Part shown: positions 9,172 through 17,020 of the stretch, in pieces
Layout: each line of letters starts with the position of its first letter
How positions within the stretch are numbered: position 1 is the first letter of the stretch
Notes under the pieces: model-generated
The model's input: the letters and a program-made list of their open reading frames with translations, nothing else
The model's database searches: none
What the model was told of the DNA's origin: nothing
Translations under genes and position numbers: made by a program
NCBI GenBank assembly: GCA_013152815.1
Contig: JAADFO010000060.1
Span: 1 to 62,278 of the forward strand
Source: Nanobdellati archaeon
Lineage (GTDB): Archaea > Nanobdellota > Nanobdellia > Woesearchaeales > JAADFO01
Length of the DNA: 62,278 nt
Reading direction: 5' to 3'

Positions 9172-9600
9172 GTGATGACCATGGTTCCACATGATGCTTA
9201 TTTGAGCCACGATTTCAGGGGGAACCCTGCAGTTCTGCATTATCAGAACATCCTCAATATGGCGCAGCAGTTCAAACTGTTTCAGAACGATGAACCGAGT
9301 CCTTCTGATTTTGAAGATGCTCTGGATCATACGGTGGTTCTCATGCGGAAGTTCATCGATGAACCTCATCCTGAGCATTTCCTCAAGGATGTCGAGAACG
9401 ATCCTCTTGTCAGTAAAGTCATAGACACGTATTTCCTTAATCCGCCCATCTATACTGGTACCGCATCGGAAAGGGATCTGGATCAGTTTCGGGAGCATTT
9501 CTACAATCTGCTGTCTTTCTATTTTCCTGGCACGATGGAGGATGGTTCTGATGAGCGGCTCATTCTCCAGACTCGCCCGTCATTCTTTTCGATGAATTGA
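9172..9600 (+). CDS. hypothetical protein (strand assignment uncertain)
   Basis: 142-aa acidic ORF (first ATG at 9175) with codon choices similar to neighbours (atc/ctc/aag/gag). It is fully overlapped by the antisense ORF 9046..9498, whose C-terminal third looks non-protein-like. No motif recognised. Confidence 0.35.
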   Translation: MMTMVPHDAYLSHDFRGNPAVLHYQNILNMAQQFKLFQNDEPSPSDFEDALDHTVVLMRKFIDEPHPEHFLKDVENDPLVSKVIDTYFLNPPIYTGTASERDLDQFREHFYNLLSFYFPGTMEDGSDERLILQTRPSFFSMN

Positions 9601-9639
9601 AGCAGATAAGCAAATGGAGAACCTCGTCTATCCGTCTTT

Positions 9640-10374
9640 TCATACCTTTCTCCATACTTTTCTCGCGAAGCTGAGAAATCCAGAGTGGCCTATCTGCTGT
9701 GATCTCGGTCGGACCTTCCTGCCTGCAACATCCCATTCACGTTCGATGAGCTCTATGGTCTTGAGATGGACGAATGGAGAACCGTCCAGGCCATTGACAA
9801 AATCAGCGACCTGAGGAACAGAAGGAGAATAGGATACCAGAAACCCTCCCGGCTTCAATGCGGCCGCAGCATGCGTGATGACCTTCCATGGCTCTGGCAG
9901 GTCGAGTGTTATCAGGTCGAGATCGTTCTCTGTGATGCCTTCGTAGATGTCCTTTTTCTGAAAATGCACGTTCTTCATCCCGAGCATGTCGGCGTTCTTC
10001 TTGGCCACTTCCTGGAAGTCCTCCCTGATGTCATAGCTGATGACCTCTTTTGTGATGTTTGCGAGGAAAAAGGTAAGAGCGCCGGATCCTGTTCCTGCAT
10101 CGAGGCATCTGGACTTGTCATCGATGCCTGTCTCCGCGATGATGGGACCGATGTCCTTCAGCGGGATGATCTGTGGACCCCTCTTTATCCTGCGATAGTC
10201 GTCGATGAACGACGAGTCGATGACCGCCAGCTCCTTTCCGGTATTGGTCGTGATCCTGCCTGACGCCTTCTGAAGCTCTTTTACCGGAACGACGCCGAAC
10301 TGGCAATGGTAATCCTTTGAAGGATCCTTCACGTAGAAGGTCTTTCCTGATCTGTGAAAAAGCAGTTTTGCCAT
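9640..10374 (-). CDS. trmI: tRNA (adenine-N1)-methyltransferase, TrmI/GCD14 family
   Basis: SAM motif LDAGTGSGALTFFLA and the C-terminal motif IGHSGFLSFARK typical of the GCD14/TrmI family. 244 aa. Confidence 0.85.
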   Translation of the reverse strand: MAKLLFHRSGKTFYVKDPSKDYHCQFGVVPVKELQKASGRITTNTGKELAVIDSSFIDDYRRIKRGPQIIPLKDIGPIIAETGIDDKSRCLDAGTGSGALTFFLANITKEVISYDIREDFQEVAKKNADMLGMKNVHFQKKDIYEGITENDLDLITLDLPEPWKVITHAAAALKPGGFLVSYSPSVPQVADFVNGLDGSPFVHLKTIELIEREWDVAGRKVRPRSQQIGHSGFLSFARKVWRKV

Positions 10375-10521
10375 GATATGTGAGAAGGAGGATGTCCTTT
10401 AAAAGCGTTGTCACTAGAGATTTATACCACTTTTTAGTAGTGTCTGAACGTAACATTTATAAAGGAATCTGGTTTCCTGAACAGTGATTACTAGCTTAAA
10501 AGCCACCACTGGCGGTGATAT

Positions 10522-11520
10522 ATGATGGGTATGCTGGCTAACCTCGCCTATGATGTACGAAAATACTACCAATCGAAGAAATATTCTAAGATAAAAAAGC
10601 TCACGACCTTCACAATCGTTTCCGGTTCGCGGGCATGTCAAGCAAAATGTCCTTTCTGTGTCTCTAAAATGACTCCCCCCAGCGGAGTTGGTTTTAAAGA
10701 ACCAGATGTTGATTGGCGTTCCTTTGACGAGGCCATGGCCACCGCCCTTAGCTATAATGCTAAGACCGTACTCATCACCTCGAAAGGCGAGAATACAATC
10801 TTCCCTGATCAGGTCACTAAATATCTTAAGAGACTCGATACAGCACCATATAAGTTCTATTGGAAGAGAGAACTCCAATCCAACGGTATCGGAATCTGGA
10901 AAAACACGAAGAATGTCCGTGATTATCTCCCCATATGGCGGGATCTCCATCTGAGGACCATCGCCATATCTGTGGTTGGTATAGACCCCGAGAAAAACCG
11001 TGAGATCTACACGCCTAAAGACAAGGAATACATCGATCTCGTCGGGCTCCTCGATCTTCTTAAGAAACATGATTTCAAAACACGACTTTCCGTCATCATG
11101 GCCAAGGGTTATGTCGATTCGGTCGAGGGAGCTCAGGAGATGATCGATTTCACGAGGAAGCACAAGGTGGATCAGCTCACCCTAACTCCGGTAAACAAGG
11201 CAGATGATCCGGGCAAAGGGGATAAGAACAGAGAATCCTTGGATGATGCTTTCTATGATGAGGCACGAAAGGTCCAGCAATGGACCATCGAGCATGTGCT
11301 GGATAAGAGCACACTGAGGGACATAGCCCGTCATGTGGAGAAACGTGGAAAGCTCCTCGATACGCTTCCACACGGGGCAGAGGTTTTCGATATCAAGGGA
11401 CAGAACGTCGCCCTCTCGAACTGTTTGACATTGCAGCCGAAAGGGGACGCGATAAGGCAATTGATCTTCATTAATGGTGATATCCGATACGATTGGCAGT
11501 ATGAAGGCGCAACATTTTAA
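10522..11520 (+). CDS. radical SAM enzyme, subfamily unknown
   Basis: CX3CX2C motif in SRACQAKCPFCVSK near the N-terminus. No second Cys cluster (no SPASM domain). First gene of a five-ORF same-strand cassette. Confidence 0.7.
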   Translation: MMGMLANLAYDVRKYYQSKKYSKIKKLTTFTIVSGSRACQAKCPFCVSKMTPPSGVGFKEPDVDWRSFDEAMATALSYNAKTVLITSKGENTIFPDQVTKYLKRLDTAPYKFYWKRELQSNGIGIWKNTKNVRDYLPIWRDLHLRTIAISVVGIDPEKNREIYTPKDKEYIDLVGLLDLLKKHDFKTRLSVIMAKGYVDSVEGAQEMIDFTRKHKVDQLTLTPVNKADDPGKGDKNRESLDDAFYDEARKVQQWTIEHVLDKSTLRDIARHVEKRGKLLDTLPHGAEVFDIKGQNVALSNCLTLQPKGDAIRQLIFINGDIRYDWQYEGATF

Positions 11521-11540
11521 CGAAATCGAAAGGCGAGACC

Positions 11541-11705
11541 ATGAGCAACAAACTCGTCATCACGACCTGGGTCGATGTAGAAGGCTTGGGGTTTACCAAA
11601 GAAAGGGATGCGAATAAGGCTTTGAAGAGCATGTGCCAACAGATTGGTGTCAACTATCTACATAGCCAAGAATATCTAAGTAAACATCCGGACGGTATAC
11701 ACTGA
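11541..11705 (+). CDS. 54-aa hypothetical protein (below ORF-track size cut-off)
   Basis: ATG 11541 to TGA 11703-11705: MSNKLVITTWVDVEGLGFTKERDANKALKSMCQQIGVNYLHSQEYLSKHPDGIH. It exactly fills the gap between the radical SAM stop (11520) and the nadE ATG (11708). Confidence 0.4.
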   Translation: MSNKLVITTWVDVEGLGFTKERDANKALKSMCQQIGVNYLHSQEYLSKHPDGIH

Positions 11706-11707
11706 AC

Positions 11708-13348
11708 ATGAAAATCGCCCTAGCGCAAATAAACTCCACGGTCGGGGACCTGGAAGGGAACGTTAAGTTACATCTGGATACTCTGAAGGAGGCCAAAGGG
11801 AGAGGGGCAGATCTTGTGGTGTTCCCAGAGATGGGACTCACAGGTTATCCTCCGAAGGACCTTCTATATAATGAAAAGTTCCTAATAGACGTCCAGCAGG
11901 CCCTCAATGATATCATCGGGAATAGCCAGGGGATTCACGCCATCGTCGGTTTTATCGATTCTGGGGACAACCTCTTAGGCCCGGACGGGCGGAGCTTAAA
12001 ATTCAATGCCGCAGCGTTGGTAGGAAATGATAAATATCTTGGCTTTGCCCACAAGACCTTGCTACCTACCTATGATGTCTTCGACGAGGCGAGATATTTC
12101 AATCAGGCGAAGGGAAGAAAAGGCTTCACATTAGGGGATAATAACATCGGTATCGAGATATGCGAGGATCTCTGGGATAAGCATTACCCTTATTCTGTCA
12201 CTAAAGACCTGGTCGATCAAGGAGCAGATTTCATCATCAACATATCAGCCTCTCCCTTCCATTATGGAAAATTGGGGGAAAGACTATCCCTCCTCAGCAA
12301 GCAGGCGAGCAGGTATCGTGTTCCCATAGCCTACTGTAATATGGTCGGTGCCCAGGATGACATGATATTCGACGGACGAAGCATGGTCGTCGACACTAAG
12401 GGGAATCTCAAGGTCTTAGGAAAATCCTTTGAAGAAGACCTTGTGATGTTCGACACCGATAGCATCGAGACAATGGAAAAACTGAAACCCTCTGAGCCTT
12501 CTGACATCGCAGAGATCCATGACGCACTTGTATTAGGAATCCGTGATTACTATAGGAAGGCTGGAGTATTCAATGGAGCGATTATAGGCCTCAGCGGCGG
12601 AATCGATTCTGCCGTGACTGCGGCACTTGCGGTCGAAGCTCTCGGCAAGGATAAGGTTCGGGGAGTCTACCTTCCCTCGAAGTATTCAAGCGACGAGAGC
12701 CATATGGACGCTTTGTATCTGGCCAAGAATCTAGAGATACCTTTTGATGTAGAAAAGATCAATGGTGCGGTGGATGCATTGAATGAGATGGTGACATCGA
12801 CCATTGGATTCCCTTACGAGAAGGGCGTGACCGCCGAGAATATCCAAGCTCGATTACGAGGTAACTATCTGATGGCTTTGTCAAATGATGGGGATCTTCT
12901 CCTCTTGGCGACAGGGAATAAATCCGAGCTCGCTGTCGGCTATTGCACCCTCTATGGTGATATGACAGGAGGTTTCGCTCCTTTATCCGATGTCTTCAAG
13001 ACCCAGGTCAATGGGCTCGCAAAATACATCAATAGAGATGAGGAAATCATCCCAAACAACACGATTACCAGACCACCTTCAGCTGAACTCAAACCCGACC
13101 AACGGGATGAGGATGAACTGCTTCCCTACGAGACACTTGATCCCATCCTGAAGAAATTGATTGAAGAGGATCTCTCGCCGAGGAAGATCGCTCAAGATCT
13201 CGACATTGCAGAGGATGTCATCTTCGATATTCTCTGGAAGGTCAATAAAGCGGAGTACAAGCGTTACCAGATGCCACTGGGCCTGAAGATCACTCCCCGC
13301 TCATGGACCGGACGGGACATGCCCATCGTCAACAAGTACAAGGGATGA
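11708..13348 (+). CDS. nadE: glutamine-dependent NAD+ synthetase (CN-hydrolase domain plus NAD synthetase domain)
   Basis: N-terminal nitrilase-like domain (MKIALAQINSTVGDLEGN...VVFPEMGLTGY...CEDLW). C-terminal PP-loop GLSGGIDSAV. 546 aa. Confidence 0.9.
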   Translation: MKIALAQINSTVGDLEGNVKLHLDTLKEAKGRGADLVVFPEMGLTGYPPKDLLYNEKFLIDVQQALNDIIGNSQGIHAIVGFIDSGDNLLGPDGRSLKFNAAALVGNDKYLGFAHKTLLPTYDVFDEARYFNQAKGRKGFTLGDNNIGIEICEDLWDKHYPYSVTKDLVDQGADFIINISASPFHYGKLGERLSLLSKQASRYRVPIAYCNMVGAQDDMIFDGRSMVVDTKGNLKVLGKSFEEDLVMFDTDSIETMEKLKPSEPSDIAEIHDALVLGIRDYYRKAGVFNGAIIGLSGGIDSAVTAALAVEALGKDKVRGVYLPSKYSSDESHMDALYLAKNLEIPFDVEKINGAVDALNEMVTSTIGFPYEKGVTAENIQARLRGNYLMALSNDGDLLLLATGNKSELAVGYCTLYGDMTGGFAPLSDVFKTQVNGLAKYINRDEEIIPNNTITRPPSAELKPDQRDEDELLPYETLDPILKKLIEEDLSPRKIAQDLDIAEDVIFDILWKVNKAEYKRYQMPLGLKITPRSWTGRDMPIVNKYKG

Positions 13349-14226
13349 AAATGGACCCGAAAAAGATACTCATCGTGCCGAAGCTCAGCATGGTTCTCGC
13401 CGATATGCACAGGTACGTTATCGACTATGAAACTCTGTTGGAGAAATATCATCAAGAGATGAAGAGTGCATCTTACCTTATTGAGCACCATCGGAATCAG
13501 ATCAGATCGCTAGAGGTGCTCAGAAACGTTCTTCCTGAAGCGACATGGCTTTCCCGTGAGCAGTTCAACGCCATGGAGGCTGAAAAGGCCGATCTCATCA
13601 TCAGTGCTGGGGGCGATGACCATCTCAAATACCTATCCCATTATGTGAAGGATACCCCTATCATCGGTCTGAACTCTGATCCGAAGAAGAGCGTCGGCGC
13701 CTTGCTCGAATCCGATATCGAAGAGACTGTAAGGAAACTCTTGGATGATGATTTTCAGATCCATAAGGAGACCCGGATTACAGCAAGAATCGGGATTGAA
13801 ACTTACGTCAATGCTCTTTCACTCTATAATTTAATGATGAACAATCCAGACGATAACTGCAGGTTCATCATATTGGACAATGGCAAACATGAGGTCATCT
13901 CCATCAGTACCGGGATACAGTTCTACAACGGCAACGCGACCGAGGATTGGTCTAAGGGTGCAGGTAAGTATCTCGGGGACAGAAGGACGATCTTCAGACC
14001 CACCGAAAGACGTATCGGTTATATTATCCGAGAACCCCATGATGATTATGCGCATAATCATGGTGTCCTAGAGGAGGGAGAAGTGCTCATAATCCGCTGC
14101 GAAAAGGACAACAACAGGATTTCTCCGGACGGTATCAAAGAGCACTACAAACTGACGAATCGGGGGGAAGAGGTCTTCTTTTCAATATCAGACCAACCGC
14201 TTCATCGAGTGAGGTTGACACCATGA
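13345..14226 (+). CDS. NAD kinase-like protein (divergent)
   Basis: ADLIISAGGDDHLKY matches the NAD-kinase GGDG region (GGDD here). IIGLNSDPKKSVGAL resembles the GINxGxLGFL region. The ATG at 13345 overlaps the nadE stop (ATGA). Confidence 0.5.
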   Translation: MKMDPKKILIVPKLSMVLADMHRYVIDYETLLEKYHQEMKSASYLIEHHRNQIRSLEVLRNVLPEATWLSREQFNAMEAEKADLIISAGGDDHLKYLSHYVKDTPIIGLNSDPKKSVGALLESDIEETVRKLLDDDFQIHKETRITARIGIETYVNALSLYNLMMNNPDDNCRFIILDNGKHEVISISTGIQFYNGNATEDWSKGAGKYLGDRRTIFRPTERRIGYIIREPHDDYAHNHGVLEEGEVLIIRCEKDNNRISPDGIKEHYKLTNRGEEVFFSISDQPLHRVRLTP

Positions 14227-15857
14227 AACGACGACCTAATCCACCCAATCTCTTGGGCCTCGACACCGAGGTCATCGCCGGCATCAAGGACTACTATGAG
14301 ACCACCATGGCCGACACCAACCTTGTCGCAGGCATTGGCGGGAGACGTTCCCAATTCAATGCTGCGGTCAGGAGCATGCCAATGAGCAAGGTGGTCGGCT
14401 TGCAGAGCACAAAATCAGACGGGTTCTCCATCACCATCGATGGACAACGGTTGATGTTCGAGCATCCTGCTCTAGAACTTGAAGGCAGAACGTTTGATAT
14501 CTACGAGGTCGAACCTGCCAATTATCTCATCAACACAGGGCTAGAGCAGATCCTTGGTTTCATCAAAAACTGGGAGATGGATGATGAGATGATCCAGGCC
14601 TATTCTGAAAGAGGGATCAACCTCAAAACTATCCACTATCTTGAGAAGAATCGGAATCTCAATCTGAGCGCGCGGGCCATCCCTGAAGGGATACCAATTT
14701 TCCCCCACGAACCTTACATCATGGTCGACGGCACTTTCGAGCAGGTCCAGTTCCCTGAGACGCTCATTTTGGGAACCTGGGGTCTGCAGACAGCTATCGC
14801 GACAGAAGCCAGCTACTACATCAATATCCTGGAAGAATTCGGCAAGAAGGGTGTCATCACATTGGAGGGTGGCTCCCGTCGAATCTATCCTGGGGCGGCA
14901 CTTGCGGCCAGCAGAGCTGCTCTCGTGGGCGGCTTCAATGGTACATCGCTTGAGGCTATCATGACAGCATATCCTGAGCTCAAATATATGGTCGGTGGCA
15001 GTACAGGTCATTCTGCTATCCTCCATATCGGGAGCGATGAGGAGGCTTTCGAACTTGCCTTGCGCGCTTACTATCATATCGACGAAGGGGACAGTAATGC
15101 TGTCATCAGAGAGAAGATCAAGAACACTCCCGGCATAGGCCCCACCTTCCTCATCGACACTTTCGACTCTGATCAAGGCATCATCGCCGCGACCAAAATA
15201 ATGAACAAATACGGGATAGTAAGCCAGGTCCGTAATGACAGCGGAGACCATCTCGAGCGGAGCAGAGCTATCCGCATGGTTGCAGACGGTAAGGATCTCG
15301 GCAAAATGCGTATCATGGATTCTGGCGATCTTAGATCCTGGAAGGTCTATGACCTATTCAAGAACAAAGCTCCCATAGATACCTTGCTCATCGGTACTTA
15401 TCTAGTGAATCCCTATAAGCTGCCTGGCGCGGCCTATAAGCTCGCCCAGGATCAACCGGATAAAGCAAGACCAGAAATGGAGGCGAGGGCAAAGATAAGC
15501 ACTAACAGTCCGGGGAAGAGCACTCTTCCAGGTCCAATCGCAGTCTACCGCATCATCGGCAAGGACGGCAAGGCCGATAGAGATATCATCCTCAATCCTG
15601 TCATCGACGACATTGAAAGCTACAGGAATATTGGCGAGGATTATATCCAACTCGACCAGCAGGTCATGAAGGATGGCGAATTGGTCTACGATCTGCCTGA
15701 CATGTGCGAGATCATCGAGAATGCTAAATACCACCTCAGTCTCCTCAAGCCAGAACATAAAAGGTTCAAAGGGGCCGTACCGTATCCTGTCACAATCTCG
15801 GATACTGTCCAGAAAGCCAAGGAGACCTATGCTAAAAGGATTATGCAGAAGGGCTGA
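14223..15857 (+). CDS. pncB: nicotinate phosphoribosyltransferase family protein
   Basis: NAPRT-type DSGD motifs (VRNDSGDHL, RIMDSGDL). 544 aa. The ATG overlaps the upstream stop (ATGA at 14223-14226). Confidence 0.65.
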   Translation: MKRRPNPPNLLGLDTEVIAGIKDYYETTMADTNLVAGIGGRRSQFNAAVRSMPMSKVVGLQSTKSDGFSITIDGQRLMFEHPALELEGRTFDIYEVEPANYLINTGLEQILGFIKNWEMDDEMIQAYSERGINLKTIHYLEKNRNLNLSARAIPEGIPIFPHEPYIMVDGTFEQVQFPETLILGTWGLQTAIATEASYYINILEEFGKKGVITLEGGSRRIYPGAALAASRAALVGGFNGTSLEAIMTAYPELKYMVGGSTGHSAILHIGSDEEAFELALRAYYHIDEGDSNAVIREKIKNTPGIGPTFLIDTFDSDQGIIAATKIMNKYGIVSQVRNDSGDHLERSRAIRMVADGKDLGKMRIMDSGDLRSWKVYDLFKNKAPIDTLLIGTYLVNPYKLPGAAYKLAQDQPDKARPEMEARAKISTNSPGKSTLPGPIAVYRIIGKDGKADRDIILNPVIDDIESYRNIGEDYIQLDQQVMKDGELVYDLPDMCEIIENAKYHLSLLKPEHKRFKGAVPYPVTISDTVQKAKETYAKRIMQKG

Positions 15858-16013
15858 TCAGTTTTCCGAGACCGTTATCTTTTTGTTCTTCTCTTCCGGC
15901 TTGACTTTCATGAACTGCTGCATGTAGGAAGCAACATCATTTGTTCCCCAGGTATTAGCCTGTTTCTGGAGGGCGGTTGCATGCTCAACAGGATACTCTC
16001 TAATCAGGGGCAT
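15858..16013 (-). CDS. 51-aa hypothetical protein (below ORF-track cut-off), convergent with pncB
   Basis: Reverse ATG at 16013, stop at 15858-15860: MPLIREYPVEHATALQKQANTWGTNDVASYMQQFMKVKPEEKNKKITVSEN. No motif recognised. Confidence 0.25.
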   Translation of the reverse strand: MPLIREYPVEHATALQKQANTWGTNDVASYMQQFMKVKPEEKNKKITVSEN

Positions 16014-16084
16014 CCGTTATTACGGTACCTTTCTTAAGTCTTTAGAAGTCTTTAGGTCTTACACTACTCTGGAGTAGAAAACAA

Positions 16085-16195
16085 GCGGGTGGTGGGATTC
16101 TCACTTAGATCCGCTCGCAACCTTTCGGTTGCTGCGCTCTTTCGACTCTGGAGACCGAGGTGGGTCTCGCATATCTGCTCGAGCCCACGAAATGA
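16085..16195 (-). other. structured non-coding stretch ending in a tRNA 3'-end-like fragment
   Basis: The minus strand ends ...GAATCCCACCACCCGC (partial T-loop, T-stem and acceptor strand). 16085-16099 matches 16201-16215 (tRNA-Cys 3' end) at 14 of 15 nt. Hairpin gcaacc-GAAA-ggttgc (16117-16132, minus-strand reading) and a 9-bp hairpin at 16160-16188. No complete cloverleaf could be built. Confidence 0.3.
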
Positions 16196-16199
16196 AAAC

Positions 16200-16273
16200 A
16201 GCGGGGGGTGGGATTTGAACCCACGAATAATCGCTCTGCAGGCGACCGCCTTAGACCGCTTGGCTACCCCCGC
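16200..16273 (-). tRNA. tRNA-Cys (GCA)
   Basis: Revcomp GCGGGGG-TA-GCCAAGCGGTCTAAGGC-G-GTCGC-CTGCAGA-GCGAT-TATTC-GTGGGTTCAAATCCCAC-CCCCCGC-T. Full cloverleaf, anticodon GCA, discriminator U. Confidence 0.9.
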
Positions 16274-16398
16274 AAGGAATGCTTGCAGTGAGCTGATATG
16301 CCCTGCGAACTGAAAAAGGTATTTAAAGGTTGTTATGGCAGATAGGTGGAAGAAATGGTGAGTTTTATAAACGATGAGTGGCTTCTGGAGCTATCATC

Positions 16399-16508
16399 GG
16401 GCCCGTAGCCTAGCCTGGATAAGGCGACAAGATAAGGATTCGTAAGAGTCCCTGTTTCGCTAGAGCCTTCTAAGCTGTAGATCGGGGGTTCGAATCCCTC
16501 CGGGCCCA
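16399..16508 (+). tRNA. tRNA-Arg (UCU) with a 35-nt intron inside the anticodon stem (about position 29/30)
   Basis: GGGCCCG-TA-GCCT-AGCCTGGATA-AGGC-G-ACA[35 nt, 16430-16464]GC-CTTCTAA-GCTGT-AGATC-GGGGGTTCGAATCCCTC-CGGGCCC-A. The anticodon stem ACAGC/GCTGT forms only after removal of the insert. Exons total 75 nt. Confidence 0.8.
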
Positions 16509-16534
16509 TTTATTTCTATTATTTAACATCAATG

Positions 16535-16542
16535 TATATAAT
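16535..16542 (+). promoter_or_regulatory. TATA box (tatataat) 26 nt upstream of ATG 16568
   Basis: Spacing fits a leaderless archaeal transcript starting at or near the ATG at 16568. Confidence 0.45.
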
Positions 16543-16567
16543 ACTCATGATCTCTACCTTCTATTTA

Positions 16568-17009
16568 ATGGCGTACCACAGCATTCCTTGGTCTTTTTTT
16601 TGGGGTTGGCTTCTTATTTGTAGTGTTGATCCTGGTTGGTATTGGCTACTGGGTTGCTGGATTGATATATGGAATAAAACTACGTAGAAAAATAAAACGA
16701 ATTGATCCAAGCATATCTATTTCTTTTTTCTTCTTTTTGGATAGAGGTATAAACCGAATGTTCGACAATCTTCCTTATTGTCAGTTTGGAGTGTTTAAGG
16801 TGTTCTTCACGTTCGGCTCAGCGAAGGAGATCGAGCGATGGTTCGATTGCTTTATGGATGTCCCGAGAATTAAAGAGATCAAAAACAGAGAAGTGCGAGG
16901 TTATTTCAACAAACTGGTGGGAAGTATGTCTGGATTTTCAAGATCTCTAGTGCTTGCAGTCATAATATGGATACTTACATTCTTAATTGAAGGTCCGTTT
17001 CTTCATTGA
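16568..17009 (+). pseudogene. small membrane protein gene interrupted at a T8 homopolymer
   Basis: ATG 16568 (MAYHSIPWSFF) runs into T8 at 16594-16601. One T fewer joins it to the frame of track ORF 16623..17009 (GVGFLFVVLILVGIGYWVAGLIYGIKL...). That frame has no ATG before 16758. The region is A/T-rich. Confidence 0.4.
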
Positions 17010-17020
17010 TTCAGAAACAA

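Noticed and set aside
10414-11163. 249-aa minus-strand ORF
   Set aside because: It is antisense to the radical SAM gene, which carries the CX3CX2C motif and is part of a coupled operon.
11520-11708. RiPP precursor interpretation of the 54-aa ORF
   Set aside because: The radical SAM protein lacks a SPASM or auxiliary-cluster region. The peptide has one Cys and no obvious leader/core organisation.
14541-15251. 236-aa minus-strand ORF
   Set aside because: It is antisense to the NAPRT-like gene, and no motif was recognised.
10400-16215. The NAD cassette as a bona fide integrated element bounded by att repeats
   Set aside because: The tRNA-Cys 3'-end duplicate lies only about 115 bp from the tRNA. 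No matching repeat was found at the left boundary (about 10400-10520) and no integrase is present. A foreign origin remains a hypothesis based only on composition.
16089-16313. 74-aa + ORF
   Set aside because: It runs across tRNA-Cys and the structured spacer, and is an artefact of the RNA-gene region.
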